A program made the translations under genes and the position numbers. A stretch of DNA of 64,000 nt from Rhodospirillales bacterium (lineage in GTDB: Bacteria > Pseudomonadota > Alphaproteobacteria > Acetobacterales > Acetobacteraceae). The stretch is from the NCBI GenBank assembly GCA_947447625.1, contig CANFKS010000003.1, forward strand, positions 899 through 64,898, given 5' to 3'. The notes beneath the pieces were generated by a model that was given only the letters and a program-made list of their open reading frames with translations, had not been told where the DNA came from and searched no databases. Of the stretch, positions 1 through 10,330 are shown one piece after another (the stretch's first letter is position 1; the number at the start of each line of letters is the position of its first letter).

Positions 1-214
1 GCTGAAGGATCCCGCGGGCTCGGATTGACTCAGTAAGTTCTTCCAAGGCGGCGGGTTCCATGGTTCCGCGGGGCTGATAGGGGCCAGGCTCCAGGAATTC
101 GACAGCAATGCCAGTTATTGCGGAATTTTGGGGTTGTGTGCCTTTGGGCGCCACTTCCCCCAGGAGGGCCGCGAGGCCGCGGCCGAGCCGGTTTTGGCTA
201 TCCTTGGCACTCAT
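1..214 (-). CDS. parB: ParB chromosome-partitioning protein, N-terminal fragment (continues beyond left edge)
   Basis: Absent from the ORF track because it runs off the window. ATG at 214-212 overlaps the parA stop (ATGA). My translation is MSAKDSQNRLGRGLAALLGEVAPKG...VEFLEPGPYQPRGTMEPAALEELTESIRARGILQ, which shows the ParB GRGL box and QPR / SI..G.LQ motifs. parA-parB gene order. Confidence 0.85.
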   Translation of the reverse strand, partial: MSAKDSQNRLGRGLAALLGEVAPKGTQPQNSAITGIAVEFLEPGPYQPRGTMEPAALEELTESIRARGILQ

Positions 215-1041
215 GATGCGGCCTTTGCGTATTTGCGCTCGCGCTGGAGGAATTCTTGTGCGAGGCGCACATAGGCTTGGGCGCCTGGCGAACGGAAGTC
301 ATACAGGATTACGGGCTTGCCGTGGCTTGGTGCTTCGGACACTCGGATATTGCGCGGGATGACGGTTTCGAACACGGCTTCTCCAAAAAAGCCGCGGGCG
401 TCGGCGGCAACGAGTTCGGAAAGGTTGTTTCTTCGGTCATACATGGTGAGCACGATTCCCATGAGCCGAAGTGTGGGATTGAGGCTCTGTTTGACGCGTT
501 CGATCGTGCGCGTCAGTTGGGTTAGGCCCTCGAGGGCGAAGAATTCGCATTGGAGGGGGACAAGGATGGCGTCGGCTGCAACGAGGCCGTTGAGGGTGAG
601 TAATCCGAGGCTGGGCGGGCAGTCGATGAGGGTAATACGCTGCCGCTCTGTCGGAGCCTCGGTTCTGGACAGAGCGTCGCGGAGTCGGAACTCACGATGG
701 TTTTCGCCGACGAGTTCGATTTCTGCTCCGGCGAGGTCCGCGCCAGCAGGAATGACGGTCAGGTTGGGCACGATGGTTGGGCGCGCGAGGCTCTGGATTG
801 ACTGCCGGTCGAGCAGCAGTCCGTATGTTCCGGCTCCACGGTCGGACGGCGCAAGGCCGAGCCCGGTCGAGGCGTTGCCTTGTGGATCGAGATCGATCAG
901 CAACACGTCCAGTCCGCTTGCCGACAATGCTGTTGCCAGATTTATGGCGGTTGTTGTCTTGCCGACACCGCCTTTCTGATTGGCGATGGCAATCACCAGT
1001 TGTGTCGGCGCTGAGCGTGATCTGGTCACTTTATTGTCCAA
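211..1041 (-). CDS. parA: ParA/Soj chromosome-partitioning ATPase
   Basis: 276-aa ORF with deviant Walker A IAIANQKGGVGKTTTAINLA. Sits in the gid-par operon and overlaps the parB start. Confidence 0.95.
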   Translation of the reverse strand: MDNKVTRSRSAPTQLVIAIANQKGGVGKTTTAINLATALSASGLDVLLIDLDPQGNASTGLGLAPSDRGAGTYGLLLDRQSIQSLARPTIVPNLTVIPAGADLAGAEIELVGENHREFRLRDALSRTEAPTERQRITLIDCPPSLGLLTLNGLVAADAILVPLQCEFFALEGLTQLTRTIERVKQSLNPTLRLMGIVLTMYDRRNNLSELVAADARGFFGEAVFETVIPRNIRVSEAPSHGKPVILYDFRSPGAQAYVRLAQEFLQRERKYAKAAS

Positions 1042-1678
1042 CTCGTGATATTTCGCTCAACCGCAGGGTTGTTGATGTTGGGTCGATCGGGCTTGCAAAT
1101 CGTTCGGTCGTGAAGTTCCAGTTGACTTGGGCGGCGGTCAACTCTTCGTTGGCGGAGCGTCCCTTGGGGAATACGCATATACCGTGCTTGGCAAGATGTG
1201 GCACGGCCCATGTGAGGAGCCGCGGCAAGGGAGCGAGTGCTCGCGCGGTTATGAGTGGTGCGGCAGGCACTTTCGCCTCTTCGATCCGACATGCATGGAG
1301 GGTGACTGTTGTGGCGGTGAGGCGCGCGGCTTCTCGGAGGAAGGCACATTTTCGCTGGTCGGATTCGACGAGATGAAAATGAAGACCCGTGGAAATAGCC
1401 AGGATCAGCCCTGGAAATCCTCCGCCGGTTCCTATGTCGATCGCGTGGGAGATATCGGGCGGGATCAATTTGACTAGGGCCAGTGAATCCGCGACGTGAC
1501 GCTGACGAACATGAGGCTCGTCAGCGCGGGAGATTAGATTGATCCGCGGATTCCACTTTAGGAGCAGATCGCAGAATGCGTCGAGGCGAACCTGTGTTTC
1601 ACGTGAAACATCTGTATGGTGAGTTGGCGGCGCTGTCACGTCAAAGAACTGTCGGGGCTGCTGGGGAGCGGTTGGCAT
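1031..1678 (-). CDS. rsmG: 16S rRNA (guanine527-N7)-methyltransferase RsmG (GidB)
   Basis: 215-aa ORF with SAM-binding motif [11 protein letters not shown] and conserved N-terminal DVSRET. Lies between mnmG and parA. An internal GTG at 1639, 1 nt after the mnmG stop, is an alternative start that would remove the 38-nt overlap. Confidence 0.9.
   Translation of the reverse strand: MPTAPQQPRQFFDVTAPPTHHTDVSRETQVRLDAFCDLLLKWNPRINLISRADEPHVRQRHVADSLALVKLIPPDISHAIDIGTGGGFPGLILAISTGLHFHLVESDQRKCAFLREAARLTATTVTLHACRIEEAKVPAAPLITARALAPLPRLLTWAVPHLAKHGICVFPKGRSANEELTAAQVNWNFTTERFASPIDPTSTTLRLSEISRVGQ
1595..1610. promoter_or_regulatory. parS centromere-like site (perfect TGTTTCACGTGAAACA)
   Basis: Exact 16-bp palindrome TGTTTCACGTGAAACA read directly in the sequence. 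It lies inside rsmG, where it encodes D-V-S-R-E-T, about 0.55 kb upstream of parA in the same operon. Confidence 0.85.
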
Positions 1679-3512
1679 GTGCCATCAGGGCGGCAAGTGC
1701 TGCAGGGGTCATTCCTTGGATCCTGGCTGCGGCACCGATGGAACGAGGTTGCGTAGCGGCCAATTTCTCTAAAATTTCAGTCGATAGACCACCAATGCTG
1801 GTGAAATCGAAGCCGTCGGGCAAGGTTGCCCCGTCCTGGCGTCGATATGCGGCGATATCTGCATCCTGGCGATGGAGGTACCCAGAATAGAGGGCATCCC
1901 CTGCGAGCGCGCCGCGAAGCCGCCCGGGCAACTCGCACAGCCAGGGTGCGAGGGCCTCGAGTTGCCCGGCGCCCAAATCGGGCTGCCCCAGCAGATCGAA
2001 AACCGACCGCGAAGCGCCGTCTGCGCGGACCCCCAATCCCTGGCGGCGCAACTCTGATGACGTGAACGTCTCACTGCGAGCTCGTTTGAGGGCGGTCTCA
2101 AACGATGTTTGCTCTGCGCGGTATTTCATTGCCCGGTTTGCCCCGACGCAACCAATCGCCATTGCGCGCCCAGTCAGGCGGCGGTCCGCGTTATCCGCGC
2201 GCAGTGTCAGCCGGTATTCCGCCCGTGATGTAAACATCCGATAGGGCTCCGACACGCCTTGTGTCGTCAGATCGTCCACGAGGACGCCGATATATCCCTC
2301 AGCCCGATCGACAGTGACGGGGGCCCCACCAGCGCACGCAGTTGCGGCATTCAAGCCGGCCAATAATCCTTGTGCGGCAGCCTCCTCATACCCGGTCGTG
2401 CCGTTGATTTGCCCGGCGAGAAAGAGCCGCGGGACGGCCCGCACTTCTAGGGATGCTCGCAAAGACCGCGGGTCGATGTAATCATATTCGACCGCATATC
2501 CTGGCCGGAGGATACGTGCCGCCTCAAGGCCTGGTATTGTTTGCAGAAACTGCGCCTGAACCTCGGCTGGCAGGCTCGTGGATATGCCGTTCGGATAGAC
2601 TGTGTCGTCATCCAGCCCTTCTGGCTCAAGGAAAATTTGATGCCGGTCGCGGTCGGCGAAGCGCACTACTTTGTCCTCGATTGACGGACAATAGCGTGGC
2701 CCGCGTCCCGCAATCGCGCCGCCGTATACAGCGGAGAGGTGCAAATTCTCAAGGATCACCGCATGTGTAGCGGCTGTGGTCGCGGTGATCTTGCACGCAA
2801 TTTGCGGATTGGTGATTCCGGTGGTCATCGTGCTGAACGGCTCTGGCTCACTGTCCCCCCAATCAGCCGCCAAACCGTCCCAGTCGATCGTGCGCCGATC
2901 GAGCCGCGGGGGTGTTCCCGTCTTCAGGCGTCCCATCGGAAGTCCCAGCCGCTCCAGAGCCAATGCCAGACCGACAGACGGCGGGTCTCCCATCCGGCCA
3001 GATGGCGATGTCGCGTAGCCGATATGGATTACCCCGCGTAGAAACGTGCCAGCCGTCAGAACGACCGCGCCACAGCCAACCCGTCGCCCGTCGCCAATCA
3101 GTACGCCTGATACTGCGCCACTTGCATCGCGCTCGAGATCCTCAACGCTCGCTTCAAGGATATCGAGGCCCGCCTGCGCAGCAAGCAGGTCCTGCACTGC
3201 CACCCGATAGAGTTTGCGGTCAGCCTGAGCCCGTGGCCCGCGCACCGCCGGCCCCTTGCTCCGGTTGAGCAGTTTGAAATGGATGCCGGCCCGATCCGCC
3301 GCCACCCCCATCACCCCGTCGAACGCATCGATTTCACGGACGAGGTGGCCCTTGCCGATCCCACCGATAGCCGGATTGCAAGACATCTCGCCGATCGCGC
3401 TTCGCCTATGAGTCACAAGCAACGTGCGGGCGCCCATCCGTGCGGCCGCCGCTGCCGCCTCGCAGCCGGCATGGCCACCCCCTATTACAATCACGTCGTA
3501 CGACGCACTCAT
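1641..3512 (-). CDS. mnmG: tRNA uridine 5-carboxymethylaminomethyl modification enzyme MnmG (GidA)
   Basis: 623 aa with N-terminal FAD fold [16 protein letters not shown]. Full-length GidA-like sequence. Confidence 0.97.
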   Translation of the reverse strand: MSASYDVIVIGGGHAGCEAAAAAARMGARTLLVTHRRSAIGEMSCNPAIGGIGKGHLVREIDAFDGVMGVAADRAGIHFKLLNRSKGPAVRGPRAQADRKLYRVAVQDLLAAQAGLDILEASVEDLERDASGAVSGVLIGDGRRVGCGAVVLTAGTFLRGVIHIGYATSPSGRMGDPPSVGLALALERLGLPMGRLKTGTPPRLDRRTIDWDGLAADWGDSEPEPFSTMTTGITNPQIACKITATTAATHAVILENLHLSAVYGGAIAGRGPRYCPSIEDKVVRFADRDRHQIFLEPEGLDDDTVYPNGISTSLPAEVQAQFLQTIPGLEAARILRPGYAVEYDYIDPRSLRASLEVRAVPRLFLAGQINGTTGYEEAAAQGLLAGLNAATACAGGAPVTVDRAEGYIGVLVDDLTTQGVSEPYRMFTSRAEYRLTLRADNADRRLTGRAMAIGCVGANRAMKYRAEQTSFETALKRARSETFTSSELRRQGLGVRADGASRSVFDLLGQPDLGAGQLEALAPWLCELPGRLRGALAGDALYSGYLHRQDADIAAYRRQDGATLPDGFDFTSIGGLSTEILEKLAATQPRSIGAAARIQGMTPAALAALMAHANRSPAAPTVL

Positions 3513-3536
3513 GCCCGTCCACTCCCGCGCGTCACT

Positions 3537-4844
3537 TCATTTACCAATGCAGAACTGCCGAAACACCGAATCCAGTATATCATCAACGCCAACCTTACCT
3601 GTCAGCCGACTTAAATTGAGCAGGGCCATGCGCAAGTCTTCGCCCCGCAACTCCGGCCACGTCGCCCGCAGCCCCGACTCCAATCGCTCCACCGCCATAA
3701 CGACTGCCGCCCGATGCCGTGCACGCGTCAGCACTGGCGGGCCCGCATTATTTGTCAGCCGCTTTGCCACCTCCCCAAGCGCGTCCCGCAGCCCGACCAG
3801 ACCCTCGCCAGTCCTTACGCTAATCGCGTGATCGCCCCGCCCTTCGGCGGCCGCGATGTCGATCTTATTCATCACATGCATGACCGGTACGGTGCCGCTG
3901 CCATCCAACTGATACCACAATCCCGGTTCGCCAGCCTTATCCATCGCGATGACCAGGTCCGCCTGCGCCGCCCGTGTAAGTGCCCGTCTCACCCCCTCGG
4001 CTTCGATTGGGTCCTGGGTCTCGCGCAGCCCCGCCGTGTCCAGAAGCGTCACCGGCACGCCGCCAAGAATCAAGCGCGCCTCCAGAACATCACGCGTCGT
4101 GCCTGGCGCCGAAGATACTATGGCGACATCCCGCCCCGATAGAATATTGATAAGTGATGATTTTCCGACATTGGGAGGACCGACGATGGCAAAAACCAAC
4201 CCTTCGCGCAGCCGTTCGCCACGCGCGCTATGAGCAAGATGGAGCCGCAATTCATCGATTAGGGTTGCGATCTCCGCTTCGATGGCAAGGATTACTGAAT
4301 CGGGTAGATCGTCATCCGGAAAATCGATCAGAGCTTCCTGCTGGGCCAAGAGACGTAACAACCGGTCGGACCAACCTCGGTAGATCGTCCCGAGCGCCCC
4401 CCCCATCTGTCGTAATGCTTGCCGCCGTTGAGCCGATGTTTCTGCTGCGATTAAGTCGGCGACACCCTCTGCCTCCAGTAGATCCAGCCGACCGTTCAGG
4501 AACGCCCGCTCGGTGAATTCCCCGGGTTCTGCGGGCCGCGCCCCACCCGTGACGAGGGCGTCGGCGACCCCATCGATAACCGCCCGCCCGCCGTGCAGAT
4601 GCAGTTCCGCACTATCCTCCCCGGTATAACTGTGCGGCCCGGGAAACCAGATCACCAAACCGCGATCGAGCGGTTCATCAGCAGCGTCGCGAATCGTTCG
4701 GAGTGTCGCCACCCGCGGCAACGGCAATGTCCGGCACAGTCGCGCCAACACCGCACCGCTCGCCGAGCCGCTGATCCGCATCACCGCGATCGCCGCCGTT
4801 CCGGCGCCTGTTGCGAGGGCAAAGATGGTATCAGTCGTCATCAT
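3537..4844 (-). CDS. mnmE: tRNA modification GTPase MnmE (TrmE)
   Basis: 435 aa with G-domain motifs GPPNVGKSSL and DTAGLR and the C-terminal CIGK tetrapeptide. Confidence 0.95.
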   Translation of the reverse strand: MMTTDTIFALATGAGTAAIAVMRISGSASGAVLARLCRTLPLPRVATLRTIRDAADEPLDRGLVIWFPGPHSYTGEDSAELHLHGGRAVIDGVADALVTGGARPAEPGEFTERAFLNGRLDLLEAEGVADLIAAETSAQRRQALRQMGGALGTIYRGWSDRLLRLLAQQEALIDFPDDDLPDSVILAIEAEIATLIDELRLHLAHSARGERLREGLVFAIVGPPNVGKSSLINILSGRDVAIVSSAPGTTRDVLEARLILGGVPVTLLDTAGLRETQDPIEAEGVRRALTRAAQADLVIAMDKAGEPGLWYQLDGSGTVPVMHVMNKIDIAAAEGRGDHAISVRTGEGLVGLRDALGEVAKRLTNNAGPPVLTRARHRAAVVMAVERLESGLRATWPELRGEDLRMALLNLSRLTGKVGVDDILDSVFRQFCIGK

Positions 4845-4861
4845 GTCTGTTCTGCGCGGGC

Positions 4862-5212
4862 CTAAAGCTGCCTGGCGGGAAGAAGCAGCGCCTCGGCTCG
4901 GCCGCCGTCGCGCATATGTTGCTCCAATATCGCATCCACATCAGTTTTGGATTCTATCTTGTACCAAACTCCTTCGGGATAAATCACCACACACGGTCCG
5001 AGCTCGCACCGGTCGAGACAGCCTGCCATGTTTACCCGCATTCCCTTCAACCCCATTTTCTTGGCCTGCGCTTTCATGTAATCGCGCAAAGCCTCTGAAC
5101 CCAGAGCGGCGCAGGAACCACGGGGATGGCCGTCCGGCCTGCGGTTGCAGCATACGAACAGATGAGCCTCATAGTACAGCGGCGCATCCCCAGCCCGAAC
5201 CTGATCGCTCAT
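4862..5212 (-). CDS. Thioredoxin-like [2Fe-2S] ferredoxin domain protein
   Basis: 116 aa with cysteine pattern LFVCCN..GSC...AGCLDRCELGPC and a VVIYPEGVWY tail, typical of (2Fe-2S) ferredoxin-domain proteins. Confidence 0.7.
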   Translation of the reverse strand: MSDQVRAGDAPLYYEAHLFVCCNRRPDGHPRGSCAALGSEALRDYMKAQAKKMGLKGMRVNMAGCLDRCELGPCVVIYPEGVWYKIESKTDVDAILEQHMRDGGRAEALLLPARQL

Positions 5213-5389
5213 GTTTCGCCTTTCCCGTCCGCAGCAATGACGCTCGCGCCTGTTGCGGCACCTATCCGCGAACCTGGCCGCCGATGCAAGGATAACCCAC
5301 CTGCCTTATCCTCCGCTTGACAGAACCCGCGGGAGACTGCCAATGCGCTCTCTGGTACTTTTACCCCTCTCTCTCTGGACCTCAAGAGC

Positions 5390-5875
5390 GTGCCCCAGCT
5401 TTCGCTCCACACGCCCGTTGGCGACCTTACGATCTCCGAAGAGGATGGTGCTATCGTCGCGCTAGACTGGGGTTGGGGCCGTGACCAAACTGAAACGCCG
5501 CTGCTGTTGCGTGCCCGCGAACAACTTCATGAGTATTTCGACGAGACCCGCTTGGCGTTTGAATTGCCGCTCAACCCAGCCGGTACCGAATATCGACGCA
5601 AAGTTTGGCGCGCCTTGTGCGACATTCCGTCCGCCGCCACTCGGACCTACGGCGAAATTGCAGCCCTCGCCGGTGGCAGCGCCCGTTCCGTCGGCACTGC
5701 GAACAGCCGCAATCCGATCCCGATCCTTATCCCCTGTCACCGTGTCGTGGCCGGCAATGGTATCGGAGGCTATTCGGGTGGTGACGGGCTGCCGACTAAG
5801 CATTACCTGCTCGACCTCGAAGCCCGTGCCGCGGCCGTTCTGGCTGCACCGGGTACCGCGACCCACCTCTTCTGA
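5390..5875 (+). CDS. ogt: Methylated-DNA-[protein]-cysteine S-methyltransferase
   Basis: 161 aa with active site IPCHRVV preceded by the NRNPIPILIP helix region (MGMT/Ogt family). Confidence 0.9.
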   Translation: MPQLSLHTPVGDLTISEEDGAIVALDWGWGRDQTETPLLLRAREQLHEYFDETRLAFELPLNPAGTEYRRKVWRALCDIPSAATRTYGEIAALAGGSARSVGTANSRNPIPILIPCHRVVAGNGIGGYSGGDGLPTKHYLLDLEARAAAVLAAPGTATHLF

Positions 5876-5901
5876 TCCCTCCCAAGCGACAGGCACCCAA
5901 G

Positions 5902-6873
5902 ATGACCAAAGCCATCCGGATCCACACCAATGGCGGCCCCGATGTCATGCGCTGGGAGGACGTTCCGACCCCCGAGCCTGGCCCAGGTGAAGCGCTGATC
6001 CGCCATGGTGCGGTCGGCCTCAATTATATCGATGTCTATTTCCGGACCGGTCTCTACAAATCTGCCCTGCCGACGACGATCGGCATGGAGGGCGCCGGCA
6101 CCGTTCTGACGGTTGGTGATGGAGTCACCACCGTGAAGCCTGGGGATCGAGTCGCTTATGCTGGTGGCCCGCTTGGCGCCTATGCGACCGAGCGCGTCAT
6201 CGCAGCAGATCGTCTGGTCATCCTGCCCGATGCGATCGACTTTACCACTGCTGCGGCCATGATGCTTCAGGGCATGACCGCCCAGTATCTCCTGCGTCGC
6301 ACCTATAAAGTCAGCGCGGGTGAAACCATCGTCGTACACGCCGCAGCCGGCGGCGTCGGCCTGATCCTGTGCCAGTGGGCCAAGCATCTTGGCGTCACCG
6401 TTATTGGCGTGGTCTCGACCGAGGAGAAGGCCGAACTGGCGCGCGCCCACGGGGCGGCTCACGTGATTGTGGGCCACGCGAATCTCCCCGCCGAGGTCAA
6501 GCGGATCACCGGCGGCACCATGGTCCCGGTCGTCTATGATAGTGTCGGCAAGGACACCTTCATGACCAGCCTCGACTGCCTTGCCCCGCTTGGCATGATG
6601 GTGAGCTATGGCAACGCATCGGGTGCGGTGCCCCCAGTCGACATTTCGATCCTCAGTGCCAAGGGCAGTCTGTTCCTGACACGCCCCACGCTGGCGACCT
6701 ACACCACAAAGCGCGATGACCTTGAACGCGTTACGGCCGACCTGTTCAGCGTCGTCGCTTCTGGTGCCGTGAAGATCCGCGTCAACCAAACCTTCCCACT
6801 CGCCGAGGCTGCGGCCGCGCATATTGCCCTTGAGGCGCGGCAGACGACGGGCAGCACTGTGCTTGTTCCCTAG
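5902..6873 (+). CDS. qor: NADPH:quinone oxidoreductase (zeta-crystallin type MDR)
   Basis: 323 aa with GroES-like N-terminus, nucleotide motif HAAAGGVG, and a QTTGSTVL C-terminal tail typical of Qor. Confidence 0.8.
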   Translation: MTKAIRIHTNGGPDVMRWEDVPTPEPGPGEALIRHGAVGLNYIDVYFRTGLYKSALPTTIGMEGAGTVLTVGDGVTTVKPGDRVAYAGGPLGAYATERVIAADRLVILPDAIDFTTAAAMMLQGMTAQYLLRRTYKVSAGETIVVHAAAGGVGLILCQWAKHLGVTVIGVVSTEEKAELARAHGAAHVIVGHANLPAEVKRITGGTMVPVVYDSVGKDTFMTSLDCLAPLGMMVSYGNASGAVPPVDISILSAKGSLFLTRPTLATYTTKRDDLERVTADLFSVVASGAVKIRVNQTFPLAEAAAAHIALEARQTTGSTVLVP

Positions 6874-6906
6874 CCCCCGGGCTTTTCCTCGGCCATCCGG
6901 GCGGCG

Positions 6907-8373
6907 ATGCTGTTGCGAATGAACGATAGCGCTGCCGCCCAACCTGCCGACCCTGGATCGGCCCCCACGCCGCCCGTTCGAACTGCGCGGCGGACCCGGT
7001 TAACAGCGCTCATCGTTGCCTGTGCGCTCTTCATGCAGAACATGGACAGCACGGTGATCTCGACGGCCCTGCCCACCATCGCCAACGCGTTCGGCGCTGA
7101 GCCCACGCATATGAATGTGGCGCTGACGTCCTATATGCTAAGTCTCGCCGTCTTCATCCCTTGCTCCGGCTGGCTTGCCGACCGCTTCGGAACACGAACT
7201 ATTTTCCGCCTTGCCATCGTCGTCTTTACGCTCGGCTCGGTGCTGAGCGGTAGCGCCAACTCGCTGACATTCCTGGTTTGTGCCCGCATCCTGCAGGGTT
7301 TCGGCGGCGCCATGATGGTTCCTGTTGGCCGTCTTCTACTGCTGCGAACAGTGCCGAAGTCTGAGATGGTCGCGGCCATGGCATGGCTGTCCACCCCGGC
7401 CTTGCTGGGGCCTGTGCTTGGCCCGCCGCTTGGCGGCTTTATCGTCACCTATTTCTCGTGGCGCTATATCTTCGCCATCAACATTCCGATCGGGATCCTG
7501 GGTATTCTGCTCGTCACCCTGTTCGTCGATGATGTCCGCGAGCCGAGTGACCGGAAGTTTGACTGGCGGGGTTTTGCTTTTTCCTCCGTGGCCCTGGCTT
7601 GTCTGATGTTCGGACTTGAAACTCTGGGTCGGGGCGTTGTCGCCAAGCCGATCAGCCTTGCTGCACTGGCTGTCGGGGCTGTCGCAGGCGTCGCCTATGT
7701 CGCCCATGCCTGGAGCCATCCCCGCCCGATCATAGACTTCTCGCTTCTCCGCATCCCCACATTTGCCGTTGCCATCATCGCCGGAACGCTCTTCCGCATC
7801 GGCATTGGCGCCATTCCTTTCCTTCTGCCGATGATGCTGCAGCTTACATTCGGCCAATCCCCGGCCGAGAGCGGCCTCATCACGTTTGCCTCCTCGCTAG
7901 GCGCTCTCTTCATGAAGCCGGCTGCCACGCACGCGCTGCGCCGGCTTGGGTTCCGCGACACGCTGGTTTGGAATGCGATCCTCTCTGCGTCCCTCCTCTC
8001 GCTCTGTGCCTTTTTCACTCCGATGTGGCCGGCCGCCCTCATCTACGCGGCTCTGCTGCTTGGGGGATTTTTCCGCTCGCTACAATTCACCGCATACAAC
8101 GCCCTCGCCTACGCCGATGTTCCGCGGGACCGGATGAGTTCGGCCACGGGGTTCTATTCCGCGATGCAGCAGATTTCGCTGACCATTGGTGTCTCTGTCG
8201 CTGCCGCATCTCTCACCTTGACGATGGCCATTTCCAGCCATGCAACCCCGCTGCTCTCGGACTTCTCGACGGCCTTCCTCATTGTCTCGTTGATATCACT
8301 CTGCGCTGCCCCATTCGCGCTCACCATGCCACGGACGGCCGCAACCGAATTGAGCGGCCATCGCGGTCGCTGA
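6907..8373 (+). CDS. MFS transporter, DHA2-like (14-TMS type)
   Basis: 488 aa, highly hydrophobic. N-terminal MQNMDSTVISTALPTIANAFG and LADRFGTR motifs are typical of drug:H+ antiporter-2 MFS. Confidence 0.8.
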   Translation: MLLRMNDSAAAQPADPGSAPTPPVRTARRTRLTALIVACALFMQNMDSTVISTALPTIANAFGAEPTHMNVALTSYMLSLAVFIPCSGWLADRFGTRTIFRLAIVVFTLGSVLSGSANSLTFLVCARILQGFGGAMMVPVGRLLLLRTVPKSEMVAAMAWLSTPALLGPVLGPPLGGFIVTYFSWRYIFAINIPIGILGILLVTLFVDDVREPSDRKFDWRGFAFSSVALACLMFGLETLGRGVVAKPISLAALAVGAVAGVAYVAHAWSHPRPIIDFSLLRIPTFAVAIIAGTLFRIGIGAIPFLLPMMLQLTFGQSPAESGLITFASSLGALFMKPAATHALRRLGFRDTLVWNAILSASLLSLCAFFTPMWPAALIYAALLLGGFFRSLQFTAYNALAYADVPRDRMSSATGFYSAMQQISLTIGVSVAAASLTLTMAISSHATPLLSDFSTAFLIVSLISLCAAPFALTMPRTAATELSGHRGR

Positions 8374-8381
8374 CGGAGAGG

Positions 8382-9203
8382 CTATTGATCGGGGTTGGCC
8401 GCACTTTCATGCCAACGGTGCAGCAGGGCGTGAGACAGGCCGGAGAGTGCCAGAAAAATAGCGATGCCGGTCGAAGTGAGCAGAAGCAACGCCGCGTACA
8501 TGCGCGCGATATCCAACCGGTAGCTGCTCTCAAGAATCCGGTAGGCGAGGCCGGATCCTCCCGCGGCGGTGCCGGCCGTGAATTCCGCGACCACCGCGCC
8601 GATCAGGCTGAGACCGCCCGCGATGCGCAGCCCGCCAAGGAAGTAGGGCAACGCCGCTGGCATTCGCAGATGCCATAATATCTGCCATCGGCTGGCGCGA
8701 TACAATCTCATGAGGTCGACCATGCTGCGATCGACCGAGCGCAATCCAAGCGTTGTGTTGGAAAGGATCGGAAAGAACGCAACCAGCCAGGCGCACAGCA
8801 ACAGCGCCATTTCGGTATCTCGCACATAGATCAGGATCAGCGGAGCGATCGCGACGATCGGCGTCACCTGCAACACCACCGCATAGGGAAACAGGCTTGC
8901 CTCGATCCATCGCGACTGTGCGAACAGCATCGCCAGTCCTCCCCCCCCGATTGCTGCTGCGGCCAGCGCCATCGCAGTGATCCGCAGGGTGACCAGCAGC
9001 GATGCCGACAAAGTGTCCCAATCCTCCACCAGCCGCGCCAGAATCCGAAACGGCCCAGGCAGGACATAGACCGGGATCTCGGCAACCCGAACCAGGACTT
9101 CCCACCCCACCAATACCATCACCCCCACAACAACCGGCAGCAGAAGCGTCGCCAGGCGCTCACGGCCTATCGCCCTGGGATCGAACAGGCGGCTGCGCAT
9201 CAT
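8382..9203 (-). CDS. ABC transporter permease (NitT/TauT-type)
   Basis: 273 aa polytopic protein with an EAA-type loop LYRASRWQILWHLRMPAALPYFLGGLR. 4-nt overlap with the upstream binding-protein gene. Confidence 0.8.
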   Translation of the reverse strand: MMRSRLFDPRAIGRERLATLLLPVVVGVMVLVGWEVLVRVAEIPVYVLPGPFRILARLVEDWDTLSASLLVTLRITAMALAAAAIGGGGLAMLFAQSRWIEASLFPYAVVLQVTPIVAIAPLILIYVRDTEMALLLCAWLVAFFPILSNTTLGLRSVDRSMVDLMRLYRASRWQILWHLRMPAALPYFLGGLRIAGGLSLIGAVVAEFTAGTAAGGSGLAYRILESSYRLDIARMYAALLLLTSTGIAIFLALSGLSHALLHRWHESAANPDQ

Positions 9204-10249
9204 TTTGGCTTCCTCTCCAGCCCGTGCCCTTGGTTCACAAAATCAAGGACGAAAGCCTTCCGCCACGGCAGATCGGCACGGTAAAGCCCGGCGCGCGCCA
9301 TGGTCTCGAAGAAACCGCGCCACCGCGCCTCGGTCATTGCCCCTATCCCGAGCGCGAGGCTATCCCCGGAATCGACGATCCCGTAGTGCTGCATCGTCGT
9401 ACGCGCATTGTCGAGGACGTCTTGCGGCATGTCCTTGTTGGCCTGACGGATCAGCTTGTCGCCGGGCGCCGGATCGCCATAGATGTAGCTGTACCAGCCT
9501 TCCGTTGAGGCCTCGATGAAGGCACGAACAGCCTCAGGCCGCACCTCGATCTGCTTGCGCGTGACCATGATCAGCGTCGAGTAGTTCGAGAACCCAGTAT
9601 CTGCGAGCAAATGCACCACCGGCTTTTGCCCGCTCAACCGCTCGATCTGATAGGGCTCGGATGATACGAACCCCTGCTGGATCGCATTTTTGTCCGCCAG
9701 GAACGGCGCCGACGAATAATTATAGGGTCGGATCTGCGTGTCGCTAAAGCCGAACTGCGCCTTGAGAAACAGCCAATAGCCGCTCCGCGCCCCGGCCGAT
9801 ATCATGATCGGCTTGCCCTTCATCGCCGCCAGCGTATCATTCCCCGCGCCGGGATGAGCGATCAGGACTTGCGGATCCTTCTGGAAATAAGCCGCCACGG
9901 CCACGACCGGGATATCCTGGGCCACGACATTCAGTGCGCCGAACCCACCCGACGACAGCTGAAAATCTGTCACCCCGGCTGCCACCAACTGCTCGGAGTT
10001 CGTGCCGGGGCCGCCCATCCGGATCGTCACATCCAGCCCATGCTTGCGGTAGAAGCCCATCGCGAGCGCCTGATAGAACCCGCCGTGCTCAGCCTCGGCC
10101 AGCCAATCTGTGCCGAATGTCACCTTTGTCTGCGCCCACGCGGGGATATTGACAAAAGCGAGTACAGCAAACGCCATAAGGAGCGCGGTGGATCCAAAGC
10201 GCGCCGGCGGGCGCCGCATCGGCCCCGCGTTTTGGTTGTGACCGATCAT
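9200..10249 (-). CDS. ABC transporter substrate-binding protein (NMT1/THI5-like)
   Basis: The track ORF extends to 10384. I prefer ATG 10249, which has GAGG 7 nt upstream; ATG 10219 is also possible. Signal peptide ...RRPPARFGSTALLMAFAVLAFVNIPAWA-QTKV, followed by a periplasmic binding fold. Confidence 0.75.
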   Translation of the reverse strand: MIGHNQNAGPMRRPPARFGSTALLMAFAVLAFVNIPAWAQTKVTFGTDWLAEAEHGGFYQALAMGFYRKHGLDVTIRMGGPGTNSEQLVAAGVTDFQLSSGGFGALNVVAQDIPVVAVAAYFQKDPQVLIAHPGAGNDTLAAMKGKPIMISAGARSGYWLFLKAQFGFSDTQIRPYNYSSAPFLADKNAIQQGFVSSEPYQIERLSGQKPVVHLLADTGFSNYSTLIMVTRKQIEVRPEAVRAFIEASTEGWYSYIYGDPAPGDKLIRQANKDMPQDVLDNARTTMQHYGIVDSGDSLALGIGAMTEARWRGFFETMARAGLYRADLPWRKAFVLDFVNQGHGLERKPK

Positions 10250-10330
10250 CTGCAAGCCTCTTCCCCAAGCAACGGTGCACCGCACCATATGAGGCTTGGT
10301 TTCCAACGCGAAACCCCATACCTCGTGAAT

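Noticed and set aside
1-5400. Replication origin (DnaA-box cluster) near the parAB-gid operon
   Set aside because: Only isolated 7-8/9 matches to TTATCCACA occur (for example inside mnmE), and all are within coding sequence. There is no AT-rich unwinding region or box cluster.
9854-10330. 5' extension of the EmrB-like ORF (track start 9854)
   Set aside because: The extension is antisense to the binding-protein gene and is non-hydrophobic and R/P-rich. The MFS N-terminal motifs begin after ATG 10331.
10250-10330. Possible TPP riboswitch upstream of the NMT1/THI5-like binding protein
   Set aside because: I looked for the conserved CTGAGA and ACCTGATCTGGATAATGCCAGCG-type elements on the minus strand and found neither. 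The spacer is also too short (~80 nt).
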